Assembly (NCBI GenBank): GCA_017451735.1 | Contig: JAFTNU010000005.1 | Coordinates: forward strand, 2,611-66,610 | Length of the DNA: 64,000 bases | Source: Clostridia bacterium | Lineage (GTDB): Bacteria; Bacillota; Clostridia; Oscillospirales; CAG-272 | Reading direction: 5' to 3' | In this document: one piece after another, positions 1 through 8,745 of the stretch | Layout: each line of letters opens with the position of its first letter | Numbering within the stretch: the first letter of the stretch is position 1 | Program-made: the position numbers and the translations under genes | Notes under the pieces: generated by a model | Seen by the model: the letters and a program-made list of their open reading frames with translations, nothing else | The model's database searches: none | Told to the model about the DNA's origin: nothing

Positions 1-846
1 GCCAAAGAGGGCAATATGAGCGATGCGCTGGATACCGGTGCGGGCGATCAGGGTATGATGTTCGGCTACGCCTGCAACGAGACCCCCGAGCTGATGCCCC
101 TGCCGATTTCTCTGGCACACAAGCTGGCAAAGCGCCTGACCGAGGTGCGCAAAAACGGCACACTGCAGTATTTGCGTCCCGACGGAAAGACCCAGGTTAC
201 CGTGGAATATGTGGACGACAAGCCCGTCCGCGTGGATACGGTGGTCATTTCCACCCAGCACGCCCCCGACGTAGAGCTGAAGACCATCCGTGAGGATATG
301 ATCAGCTTGGTCATCAAAGAGATCATTCCCGCAGAGCTGCTGGATGCTCAGACCAAGATCTTCGTGAACCCCACCGAACGCTTCGTTGTGGGCGGCCCTG
401 CCGGCGATACCGGTCTGACCGGACGCAAGATCATTGTGGATACCTACGGCGGCTATGCCCGCCATGGTGGCGGAGCCTTCTCGGGCAAGGATCCCACCAA
501 GGTGGACCGCTCTGCCTGCTACGCCGCCCGCTATATTGCCAAGAATGTGGTTGCCGCAGGCCTTGCCGACAAATGTGAGGTACAGGTGGCCTATGCCATC
601 GGTGTGGCACGCCCCGTTTCGGTGATGATCGACACCTTCGGCACGGGTAAGGTAGCCGAATCTGCTATTTCCGAGGCGGTGCAGAAGTATTTCGATCTAC
701 GTCCCGCCGCCATTATTGAGCGCTTTGGCCTCCGTCGCCCCATTTATTCGCCTCTGGCCGCTTACGGTCACATGGGCAGAGAGGATCTCGACATTCCGTG
801 GGAAAAGCGCGATCTGGCCCCGATTTTGGCCTCTGAGCTGCTCTGA
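1..846 (+). CDS. metK: S-adenosylmethionine synthetase, 5'-truncated by the window edge
   Basis: Frame is open from nt 1. Motifs [30 protein letters not shown] and [11 protein letters not shown] are present. Stop TGA at 844-846. Confidence 0.95.
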   Translation, partial: AKEGNMSDALDTGAGDQGMMFGYACNETPELMPLPISLAHKLAKRLTEVRKNGTLQYLRPDGKTQVTVEYVDDKPVRVDTVVISTQHAPDVELKTIREDMISLVIKEIIPAELLDAQTKIFVNPTERFVVGGPAGDTGLTGRKIIVDTYGGYARHGGGAFSGKDPTKVDRSACYAARYIAKNVVAAGLADKCEVQVAYAIGVARPVSVMIDTFGTGKVAESAISEAVQKYFDLRPAAIIERFGLRRPIYSPLAAYGHMGREDLDIPWEKRDLAPILASELL

Positions 847-1199
847 TGACCAATCTCGCCCTTTTGGCATACACTTTTGCCAAGGGGGTGAGCTTGTTGT
901 ACATCCAACTGATTGCAGAAATTTTACTTGCCGTGCTTGCTGTATTCGGGCTTTACGCTATCATACGGCTATTTGTGACCTCCCGACTTTCGCCTGCCCG
1001 CATGGGGGTAGTGGTGGAGATCGGAAGGGATACTGCGGCAGAGGATATTCCGCTTTTGCTTGATCGGGTCAGGGACGGTATGTTCCTTTGCGGCACCGGG
1101 CGTATCATCGCCTTGGTCGATCCGGAGCTGGCAGAAAATGAAGCGCTCCTCGACGCCTTGCGCGCGGGGGGCGCAGGATTTTATTTTGTAAAATTGTAG
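846..1199 (+). CDS. Hypothetical small membrane protein (one or two N-terminal TM helices plus a soluble tail)
   Basis: 117-aa ORF whose ATG overlaps the metK stop (TGATG). Hydrophobic segment LLYIQLIAEILLAVLAVFGLYAIIRLFV. I recognise no family. Confidence 0.5.
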   Translation: MTNLALLAYTFAKGVSLLYIQLIAEILLAVLAVFGLYAIIRLFVTSRLSPARMGVVVEIGRDTAAEDIPLLLDRVRDGMFLCGTGRIIALVDPELAENEALLDALRAGGAGFYFVKL

Positions 1200-1223
1200 A
1201 AAAAGGAAAGGAGGGGGAAAGAC

Positions 1224-3470
1224 GTGGAGCGGGAAAGAGAGAACATGCCCGACGGGCAGGAAAAGCTGAGCGGCAGTGTGGAGAGCATCATTTATGCCAA
1301 TGAGGAAAACGGCTATACGATCCTGGATTTCGGTACCGATCAGAACGAGCTGGTGACCCTGGTGGGAACCATACCTTATGTGGCCGAGGGCGACGAGCTG
1401 ACCGTGTTCGGCAAATGGGTGCACAATCCCAAATACGGCAGACAGTTCCTGGTCGAGCAGTTTGAAAAGCGTCTCCCCTCCGATGCCGCCGCCATTCTGC
1501 GCTATCTCTCCTCGGGCGCCGTAAAGGGGATCGGCCCCAAGAAGGCCCAAAAGCTGGTGGAGATGTTCGGCGAGGATACCTTTGATGTGATTGAGAACCA
1601 TCCCGACTGGATGACTCAGATTCCCGGCATCAGTCATCGGATGGCCGCCGAGATCTCCGAGGAATTCTCCCGCCAGGCGGGCATTCGCTCGGCCATGATG
1701 TTCTTTCGCGACTTCTTCGGTGCGGCTCTGACGGTTCGCATCTATAAGGCATGGGGGAACGCCGCCGTGGATCGAGCCCGCGAGAATCCCTACCGCCTGT
1801 GCGAGGAAATCGAGGGTATCGGCTTTGAAAAGGCCGATGCCATGGCCGAGAAGATCGGCTTTGACCGCACAGGGGAGGAGCGTGTCAAAAGCGGCATCCT
1901 TTATGTGCTTACCTATAACGCTGCCTTGAACGGCCATACCTGCTTGCCTGCCGAGCGATTGACCGAGGCGGCAAGCTCTATGCTGGGGGTAACGCCCGCA
2001 CAGGTGGAGAACGGTGTTGCTCAGCTGTTCAAGGAGCAGAAGCTGCGCCGCATTCATGTGAAAACCGAAAAGGAGGAACGGGATTACATTTTTGACCGTG
2101 CCTCCTATGAGTGTGAACGCACCATTGCCGATAAGCTGGTGATCCTGGATCGCGCCTGCATCAAGATTGAGAATCGGGACATCGATCATTTTATCACCCG
2201 CGAGGAACGAAGCGGCGGTATCGCCTACGCCCAGTTGCAAAAGGAGGCCATCGCCAACGCCCTCGAGAACGGCGTCATGATCTTAACGGGCGGTCCCGGT
2301 ACGGGTAAGACCACCGTGGTGCGGGCGCTGCTGCGCATTTTCCGCAGTCTGGATCTTCGGGTGGCGCTCGCCGCCCCCACGGGGCGCGCCGCCAAGCGCC
2401 TGTCCGAGGCAACCTCGGCGGAAGCAAAAACAGTACACCGTTTGCTTGAAATGAGCTACACAGACGGCAAAAAGGCTCAGTTTGCCCGCAACGAAAAGGA
2501 CCTGCTGGAGGAGGACGTCATCATCGTGGACGAGAGCTCCATGATGGATTCGGCGCTGACCGCCGCACTGCTCAAGGCGATCAAGCCGGGAGCGCGTCTG
2601 ATCCTGATCGGAGATGCCGATCAGCTCCCCTCGGTGGGGGCAGGGAATGTCCTGCGGGATCTGATCGCATCCGGGCGCTTTGCTACGGTGGCGTTGACCG
2701 AGGTGTTCCGACAGGCACAGCACAGCCTGATCGTCACCAACGCCCACGCCATTGACCGAGGGGAAATGCCGCGACTTGATGTGAAGAATAACGACTTTTT
2801 CTTCTTGCCAAGGCAGAGCGACAAAGAGATCTCCTTTACCGTGGCTGATCTTTGCCATACCCGCTTGCCCCGCAGCTACGGGGCGCAGATCGTTGGAAAT
2901 ATTCAAGTGATCTCCCCCTCGCGAAAGGGCGAGGCGGGTACCGAAAATCTGAACCGCTTGTTGCAGAACACGCTCAATCCGCCAAGAGCGGGCAAGCGGG
3001 AGCATCGGGTGCGCGATGTGATCTTCAGAGAAGGGGATCGGGTCATGCAGACCCGCAATAATTACGATTTAATATGGGAACGGGGCGAGGAAAGCGGGTG
3101 TGGCGTCTTTAACGGCGACATCGGCATCATTGAAAATATCTCCCCGAAAGACAGAAGCGTGGAGGTGCTGTTTGACGATCGCCACGTGACTTATGACTTC
3201 ACGGGGCTGGACGAGCTGGAGCTCGCCTATGCCGTAACGGTTCATAAAAGCCAGGGCAGTGAATATCCTGTGGTTATTTTGCCGCTTTATGCCGCTCCGC
3301 CCATGCTTCTGACGCGGAATCTGCTCTACACGGCAGTCACCCGTGCACAAAAGATGGTCATATTGGTGGGTCGGGAGGATATCGCCGCCCAAATGGTACA
3401 GAACAATCGCCAATCCATGCGCTATACAGGGCTTTGCGCCAGACTTTTTGCGGGTGGTGACGGGAAATGA
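1224..3470 (+). CDS. recD2: RecD2-type SF1B ATP-dependent DNA helicase
   Basis: Walker A GGPGTGKTT, Walker B VIIVDESSMMD, LILIGDADQLPSVGAGNVL and C-terminal AVTVHKSQGSEYP. GTG start follows RBS AAAGGAAAGGAGGGGG. An alternative ATG lies at 1245. Confidence 0.9.
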   Translation: MERERENMPDGQEKLSGSVESIIYANEENGYTILDFGTDQNELVTLVGTIPYVAEGDELTVFGKWVHNPKYGRQFLVEQFEKRLPSDAAAILRYLSSGAVKGIGPKKAQKLVEMFGEDTFDVIENHPDWMTQIPGISHRMAAEISEEFSRQAGIRSAMMFFRDFFGAALTVRIYKAWGNAAVDRARENPYRLCEEIEGIGFEKADAMAEKIGFDRTGEERVKSGILYVLTYNAALNGHTCLPAERLTEAASSMLGVTPAQVENGVAQLFKEQKLRRIHVKTEKEERDYIFDRASYECERTIADKLVILDRACIKIENRDIDHFITREERSGGIAYAQLQKEAIANALENGVMILTGGPGTGKTTVVRALLRIFRSLDLRVALAAPTGRAAKRLSEATSAEAKTVHRLLEMSYTDGKKAQFARNEKDLLEEDVIIVDESSMMDSALTAALLKAIKPGARLILIGDADQLPSVGAGNVLRDLIASGRFATVALTEVFRQAQHSLIVTNAHAIDRGEMPRLDVKNNDFFFLPRQSDKEISFTVADLCHTRLPRSYGAQIVGNIQVISPSRKGEAGTENLNRLLQNTLNPPRAGKREHRVRDVIFREGDRVMQTRNNYDLIWERGEESGCGVFNGDIGIIENISPKDRSVEVLFDDRHVTYDFTGLDELELAYAVTVHKSQGSEYPVVILPLYAAPPMLLTRNLLYTAVTRAQKMVILVGREDIAAQMVQNNRQSMRYTGLCARLFAGGDGK

Positions 3471-4246
3471 AGCCTTTTTTGCAAACGGTGCGTGACCTTT
3501 GCTTTCCGCCTCGTTGCGTGGGGTGCGGCGACCGCTTGCCGCCCTCTGTCGGCATGAAGAAAGCGCCGTTTTTCTGCCCCGTTTGCGCCCCTTTGTGGGA
3601 GCAGAGCCTGCTGTCCCAATGCCCCGACTGCTTTGCCGCTTATTGTGATTGTCGGTGTCAGCCCAAGATCATGGAGCGGGCGGGGAGCCTCGGCTTGATC
3701 AAATTGGCTCCTTATACCGACGCAGGCGAGCATGCCACCGTGCGGCGTGCCGTGTACGGTATGAAGCGAAGCCCTCGCTCCCGCACCTTCAACTGTTGTG
3801 CCGAGGAGCTGGCTCCCGCCCTTTGCCGCACGGTGGAAAAGCAGAACGAAAAAACACCGATTTCTCATACCGTTATTACCTATTTGCCCCGTTCCCGCAA
3901 GAGTGTCCGCCGCTACGGCTTCGATCAGGCGCGAGAGCTGGCCAAGTGCCTTTCCCGCCTGACGGATTACCCCTGCCTGTCTTTGCTTAAGCGGGTCAAG
4001 GACGGCACCGAGCAAAAGACTCTGACCGTAAAAGAGCGGCAGAGTAATCTGAAGGGGGCATTCCGCGCCGTCAACTCGGCCGAGGGCTGTCGGGTGATCC
4101 TGGTGGATGATCTGGTGACCACCGGCGCGGGGATGGCAGAGGGCGTCAGAGTGCTTCGCAAAAACGGTGCCGCCGAGGTCTTGTCGGTATCGGTTGCCGT
4201 TACGCCAAAAAAGTACAGCAGGGAGACATTGGCAAAATTTTCTTGA
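3467..4246 (+). CDS. comFC: ComF family protein (ComFC-like phosphoribosyltransferase-fold protein)
   Basis: N-terminal Cys pairs (CFPPRCVGCG, FFCPVCAP) and PRTase loop VILVDDLVTTGAG. ATGA overlap with recD2. Confidence 0.85.
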   Translation: MKPFLQTVRDLCFPPRCVGCGDRLPPSVGMKKAPFFCPVCAPLWEQSLLSQCPDCFAAYCDCRCQPKIMERAGSLGLIKLAPYTDAGEHATVRRAVYGMKRSPRSRTFNCCAEELAPALCRTVEKQNEKTPISHTVITYLPRSRKSVRRYGFDQARELAKCLSRLTDYPCLSLLKRVKDGTEQKTLTVKERQSNLKGAFRAVNSAEGCRVILVDDLVTTGAGMAEGVRVLRKNGAAEVLSVSVAVTPKKYSRETLAKFS

Positions 4247-4271
4247 CAATTGGCCGTTTTAGTGTTAATAT
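4243..4271 (+). promoter_or_regulatory. Sigma-A-type promoter for the MreB-like gene
   Basis: TTGACA (4243-4248), 17-nt spacer, TGtTAATAT (-10 at 4266-4271). Lies about 60 nt upstream of the 4331 start. Confidence 0.5.
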
Positions 4272-4330
4272 ATTACCGTATATGCATATGACTTTATTAT
4301 CCGCAAAATATTCGGAAAGGAGGAAATCGC

Positions 4331-5299
4331 ATGCTTCGCAAAAATCTCGGTATTGACATCGGTACCAAGCAGATCTCGATCTGCACGCAGGAAGAAGGAC
4401 TTCTGTTGCGTGAGCCTTCGGTTGCCGCTGTAGAGATCGACACCGACGAAGTGATCGAGGCGGGAACACCCGCACTGCGTTTGGTTGAGGCCAATCCCGA
4501 CCGCCTGCGGCTCTGTTGGCCCGTCTGGGATCCCGTTGTCAAAAGTGCTGACATCCTTTGTGCCATGCTGCGCATTTTCCTCCGCCGTGCCGTGGGACGT
4601 ACCGTGCTGCGCCCCCAGGTGATGGTGTCCATCCCCTGCGATCTGACCGAGGCACAGACCAATGCCGTTGAGGATGCGGCCCTGGCGGCAGGCGCCGCCC
4701 GTGTGCATCTCCTGGAGGCACCGCTTTGCGCGGCTTTGGGGGTCGGACTTGACTTTTCTTCGCCCGTCGGGCAGCTTTTGGTGCATGTGGGCGCCTCCCG
4801 TACCGAGGTCGCCATGATCTTCATCGGCGAAATGGTCACACACCTGACCGTTCCCGTAGGGGGGAACGCGTTTGATTCGGCCATCATCGAATACATGCGC
4901 AAGAAGCACGGACTTTTCATCGGCAAGCGTACCGCCGAGCAGATTAAGATCCGCATCGGCGCGCTGGAAAAGTCAGCCGAGGAAAAGCATCTGGATGTCA
5001 AGGGGCGTTGCATGAAGAATAAAGAGCCCCGCGTTGTCACGCTTTCTTCCAAGGAGATGCTGGGCGCACTGACCGAGCCCCTCACCTCTATTCTGGATGC
5101 CATTATTGCCGTGATCGAGCAAACGGGGGATGATATGCGTGCCGACATCGCCAAGGGTGGCGTTGTTCTGACCGGCGGCGCCCTGCTTTCGGGAATGGAT
5201 AAGTTTTTCGACGAGGTCATGGGATTGCGCGTCCGCCGCGCCGCCAATGCCGAAACAGCCGCCGTTGAGGGCGCGGCCGTGGCACTTTCCCGGTTATGA
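4331..5299 (+). CDS. Divergent MreB/Mbl-family actin-like protein
   Basis: NLGIDIGTKQ phosphate-1 motif, REPSVAAVE, LLEAPLCAALGVG and VVLTGGALLSGMD. RBS AGGAGGAA. No mreC or mreD adjacent. Confidence 0.75.
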   Translation: MLRKNLGIDIGTKQISICTQEEGLLLREPSVAAVEIDTDEVIEAGTPALRLVEANPDRLRLCWPVWDPVVKSADILCAMLRIFLRRAVGRTVLRPQVMVSIPCDLTEAQTNAVEDAALAAGAARVHLLEAPLCAALGVGLDFSSPVGQLLVHVGASRTEVAMIFIGEMVTHLTVPVGGNAFDSAIIEYMRKKHGLFIGKRTAEQIKIRIGALEKSAEEKHLDVKGRCMKNKEPRVVTLSSKEMLGALTEPLTSILDAIIAVIEQTGDDMRADIAKGGVVLTGGALLSGMDKFFDEVMGLRVRRAANAETAAVEGAAVALSRL

Positions 5300-5303
5300 A
5301 TTC

Positions 5304-5339
5304 AGCCGCTTTTCATGCTTGATGAGAAGCGGCTTTTTT
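5304..5339 (+). terminator. Rho-independent terminator after the MreB-like gene
   Basis: AGCCGCTTTTC / GAGAAGCGGCT stem with one mismatch, followed by TTTTTT. Confidence 0.6.
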
Positions 5340-5381
5340 GCATAAAATACGGTGAATTCGTATCAAAAAAGGAGAACTGTT

Positions 5382-6818
5382 ATGTCAACGCTTATGGAGC
5401 CTTCTGTATCGTCTCTGCCCGCCCGCTATTTTACCGAGATCGCCGCTATCCCGCGCGCCTCGGGACATGAGGCGGGAATCGCGGATTATCTGGAAAGCTT
5501 TGCCGCCGCCCGCGGACTTGCATGCTACCGTGACGCATCTTGCAATGTGCTGATCAAAAAGCAGGGAAGCAAGGGCAGGGAGCACGAGCCCGCACTGCTG
5601 TTGCAGGCTCATACCGATATGGTCACCGAGGTGGCATACGCCACCGCACACGATTTTTCAAAGGAGGGCGTGAATTTACAGCGTGAGGGGAATATCCTTT
5701 CGGCAAAGGGGACGACTCTTGGCGCCGACGATGGGTTCGGCGTGGCGCTTTTGCTCGCGGCCTTGGACGGTGCCGCCGACTCTCATCCGCCGCTGGAATG
5801 TCTGTTTACTGCTTCCGAGGAGGTCGGGCTTCTGGGGGCCGCCGCATTCGACTATGAACGGATTTCGGCAAGACGTATGCTCAATTTTGACACCTCCGAA
5901 GAGCATTTGATCATCACCGGCTGCTGTGGGGGAATCCGCAGTGATCTTATATTGCCCGTGACCCTTGAAAAAGGGAAGGGCGAGGGGCTGAAGCTGACCC
6001 TTCACGGCCTTTGCGGCGGCCATTCCGGCAGTGATATCGATAAAGGACGAGCCAATGCATTGGTCATCATGGGGAAAATCCTTGAAAATCTGCAAAAACA
6101 CACCCCGTTCCGCACGGTTTCGCTGACGGGGGGCGACAAAGACAATGCCATTCCGCGGGATTGCGAGGCGGTCATTCTGCCCGCCGATCTGACTGCGGCA
6201 AAGCGCTTTCTTTCCGATACGGATGCACTCCTGTCGTCTCTGACGTCCTCGCCCGAGGATGCGGGATGTGCGCTTACCGTAACAGATGTCACCGTATCGC
6301 ATATCATGACCGAGCGCGACAGTCGGCATATTCTCGACATCCTCGGGGTACGCAACGGCGTGTTTTACCGTCGCACCGACGGGATCGATTGCCCCGAAAC
6401 CTCCCGTAATCTGGCGCGAGTACGCACCGAGAAGGGGGAGGTATCCTTCGGCTTTTCCTCTCGCTCGCCCTTTCCCGCACGGATCAAAGAATCCACCGAT
6501 GAGTTGGATGCCCTTGCCGCGCGTGTCGGCGGTCGTACCCGTCATTATGCCGGGTATCCGGGGTGGGAGGGCGCTCCCGATTCTCCCGTCAGTACCCTTT
6601 GGCAAAGGGCATACCGTGCCACCACGGGCAGAGAGATTTGTGCAACCGTGATTCACGCAGGGCTGGAATGCGGTTTGATCTCCGACAAAATTCCCAATCT
6701 TGACGTGATCTCGGTGGGGTGCAATATTTACGACCTGCACACCCCCGCCGAGCGCATGGAGCTGGATTCCTTTGAGCGCGTTTATCAAACCCTGCTCACC
6801 TTTTTGCGGGAATGCTGA
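5382..6818 (+). CDS. pepD: Aminoacyl-histidine dipeptidase (M20C, PepD-like)
   Basis: YFTEIAAIPRASGHE, LLLQAHTDMV, GADDGFGVA and TASEEVGLLGA motifs. RBS AAAGGAGA lies 7 nt before the ATG at 5382. Confidence 0.85.
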   Translation: MSTLMEPSVSSLPARYFTEIAAIPRASGHEAGIADYLESFAAARGLACYRDASCNVLIKKQGSKGREHEPALLLQAHTDMVTEVAYATAHDFSKEGVNLQREGNILSAKGTTLGADDGFGVALLLAALDGAADSHPPLECLFTASEEVGLLGAAAFDYERISARRMLNFDTSEEHLIITGCCGGIRSDLILPVTLEKGKGEGLKLTLHGLCGGHSGSDIDKGRANALVIMGKILENLQKHTPFRTVSLTGGDKDNAIPRDCEAVILPADLTAAKRFLSDTDALLSSLTSSPEDAGCALTVTDVTVSHIMTERDSRHILDILGVRNGVFYRRTDGIDCPETSRNLARVRTEKGEVSFGFSSRSPFPARIKESTDELDALAARVGGRTRHYAGYPGWEGAPDSPVSTLWQRAYRATTGREICATVIHAGLECGLISDKIPNLDVISVGCNIYDLHTPAERMELDSFERVYQTLLTFLREC

Positions 6819-6842
6819 GCAGGGGCGCATCGTGATGCGCCT

Positions 6843-6950
6843 GCGATATATTGCCTTGCGGCAATGCGATATATGACCTTGCGGTCATGCGATAGCCTTA
6901 CGGTGCGATATGTCGCCTGCGGCGACGCTTGCGTATCCTTGCGGATACGC
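6843..6950. repeat. Tandem array of five ~22-nt hairpin units (consensus GCGATAT-NNNNCC-TTGC-GGNNNN)
   Basis: Units at 6843-6865, 6866-6888, 6889-6904 (degenerate), 6905-6926 and 6927-6950. Stems differ between units but stay complementary: ATTGCC/GGCAAT, ATGACC/GGTCAT, GTCGCC/GGCGAC, GCGTATCC/GGATACGC. Confidence 0.8.
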
Positions 6951-7020
6951 AGGAACCCGTAGGTGAGGTGGCTGTCCACGACCGACAAAACAACAACGCA
7001 CCTCGCGAACAATGACGAAA

Positions 7021-7058
7021 AACAGGAGGGGGGAGCCCACGGGCTCCCCCCTCCTGTT
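7021..7058 (-). terminator. Rho-independent terminator of the aro operon (18-bp stem)
   Basis: AACAGGAGGGGGGAGCCC-acg-GGGCTCCCCCCTCCTGTT. On the minus strand it is followed by TTTTTCG. Lies 10 nt downstream of the aroQ stop. Confidence 0.8.
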
Positions 7059-7067
7059 GCTATATCC

Positions 7068-7499
7068 TCATTCCTCGCCCAGCGCAAGGAACCGCACGGC
7101 GCGGCGATACCCCTCAAAGCCAAGACCCATATAGGTCTTTTGGGCAACCAGAGATACAAAGGAGTGATGGCGGAATTCCTCCCGCTCCATCACGTTGGAG
7201 ATGTGTACCTCCACCGTAGGGATCTTCACCGCCGAAAGGGCATCCAAAATCGCTACACTGGTGTGGGTATAGGCGCCGGGATTGATGACGATGCCGTCAA
7301 ATTTGCCGTACGCCTCCTGGATTTTATCCACAATGGAGCCCTCGTGGTTGGATTGATAGAGCTCACATTCGGCGCCGACCTCGGCAACCGCCTTTTGGAT
7401 GAATGTGCAAAGAGCGGCAAAGCTCTGATCGCCGTAAATGCCCGGCTCGCGTATGCCCAGCATATTCAGATTGGGACCGTTGATCACCAACAGCTTCAT
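7068..7499 (-). CDS. aroQ: Type II 3-dehydroquinate dehydratase
   Basis: LVINGPNLNMLGIREPGIYG, HEGSIVDKIQEA and VINPGAYTHTSVAILDAL. ATGA overlap with the upstream gene. Confidence 0.95.
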   Translation of the reverse strand: MKLLVINGPNLNMLGIREPGIYGDQSFAALCTFIQKAVAEVGAECELYQSNHEGSIVDKIQEAYGKFDGIVINPGAYTHTSVAILDALSAVKIPTVEVHISNVMEREEFRHHSFVSLVAQKTYMGLGFEGYRRAVRFLALGEE

Positions 7500-8737
7500 T
7501 TTGTCAGCACCTCCATGATTTTCGTCATGTTTTCTTCAATATTCCGCGTAATGGGTACCGTTTGATCGGCAACGGCACGGTAAAGAGGCAACCGCTCGGC
7601 ATAGAGCACCGCGGGGGATTTTTTCTGCGATAGGGGTCTGCCCTCGGTGGGGAGCTCGTCGGGCTTGATATCCAGAAACAGGATACGCCCGTTCTGATGC
7701 ATCAGCGGGTAATTTCTCTCTCTGGTGACCACGCCGCCGCCGGTGGCGATCACCAGGCCGCTTTCCTTTGCAATATCGGCAAGAACTGCCGTTTCGCGGG
7801 CGCGGAATCCCTCCTCGCCCTCGGTTGCAAAAATTTCGGGGATGGAGACACCCGCCGCCTTGACCAGCGCCTCGTCACAGTCCACGAATTTCCGTCCCAG
7901 GCGCTCTGCGATCCGCTTGCCTAAAGTGGATTTCCCACAGCCGGGCATACCCACCAGAATGATGTTCTCGGTCTCACGGGCGATGGTATCGGTTACCGCT
8001 TTGACCTCCAGATCGTCGATTTTGGTGTCGAGAAAAAGCTCTGCGGCGCGGCGCGCCTGAGAGACCAGCATCAAAAGACCGTTCCGATAGGGGATACCCA
8101 GCCCTTCAGCCTCCAAAAGAAGCTCGGTGCGGGCGGGATTGTAGATCATGTCAAAGACCGCTTCCAGCTTCGGGAAGACCTCAAGAGAAAGGGGTGCAAC
8201 ACCGTTTTTGGGGTACATCCCCACGGGGGTGGCGTTCACAAGGATCTCCGCATCGGCGTGACGGCCGATATTGTCGTAGTTGTCCTCTCCGCTGCGGGAG
8301 ACCACCACCACGGCGCGGGCGCCCATGTCGCCCGCCACGGTCACCGCCGTGCGGGAGGCACCGCCCGAGCCGAGAATGACCACCTTTTTGCCCTTGAGCG
8401 ATACGCCGCAGTCCCGCACCAGGTCGGAAAAGCCCGCGTAGTCGGTGTTAAAGCCCGCAAGCGAGCCGTCGGGGCGGCGGACGATGGTGTTTACCGCGCC
8501 GATGCGCTTTGCCTCGGGCGAAATTTCGGCCAGAAAGGGAATGACCGTCTTTTTATAGGGAATGGTTACATTCAGGGCGTCGAAATCGCCCGTTTGCAGG
8601 AATTCGCCCACCTGTGCCTCCTCCAACTCGATGAGGTCATAAGGGTAGTCTGCAAATTCCTTGTGGATGCGGGGGGAAAAGCTGTGTCCCAGCTTGGCGC
8701 CGATGAGACCGGCGCGAATGTTCGTGTTTTTGATCAT
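7496..8737 (-). CDS. aroE: Bifunctional shikimate dehydrogenase / shikimate kinase (AroE-AroK fusion)
   Basis: N-terminal part has GLIGAKLGHSFSPRIH and NVTIPYK plus the GSGGASR Rossmann motif. C-terminal part has ILVGMPGCGKSTLGKRIA (P-loop), FVDCDE and GGGVV. Confidence 0.9.
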   Translation of the reverse strand: MIKNTNIRAGLIGAKLGHSFSPRIHKEFADYPYDLIELEEAQVGEFLQTGDFDALNVTIPYKKTVIPFLAEISPEAKRIGAVNTIVRRPDGSLAGFNTDYAGFSDLVRDCGVSLKGKKVVILGSGGASRTAVTVAGDMGARAVVVVSRSGEDNYDNIGRHADAEILVNATPVGMYPKNGVAPLSLEVFPKLEAVFDMIYNPARTELLLEAEGLGIPYRNGLLMLVSQARRAAELFLDTKIDDLEVKAVTDTIARETENIILVGMPGCGKSTLGKRIAERLGRKFVDCDEALVKAAGVSIPEIFATEGEEGFRARETAVLADIAKESGLVIATGGGVVTRERNYPLMHQNGRILFLDIKPDELPTEGRPLSQKKSPAVLYAERLPLYRAVADQTVPITRNIEENMTKIMEVLTK

Positions 8738-8745
8738 GACTTACC

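Noticed and set aside
969-2240. Long antisense ORFs opposite real genes, for example 969-2240(-), 5676-6830(-), 12593-13717(+), 15942-17507(-), 17563-18825(-), 22835-24364(+), 27894-29417(-), 36980-38059(+) and 62677-63882(-).
   Set aside because: Each lies entirely opposite a gene with clear family motifs. Their translations are low-complexity (rich in R/G/A/P/H) with no recognisable domains. Stop-free antisense frames are expected in GC-rich DNA.
1224-3470. RecD2 and AddAB (33524-40477) considered as candidate phage-defence helicase/nuclease systems.
   Set aside because: Their domain content and partners (comFC after recD2, the canonical addB-addA pair with Fe-S cysteines) fit housekeeping recombination and repair. 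No accessory defence genes, methyltransferases or toxin modules are adjacent.
6843-6950. Possible CRISPR array suggested by the regularly spaced repeats.
   Set aside because: The units are about 22 nt and directly abutting, with no unique spacers. The repeats themselves vary. No cas genes are present in the window.
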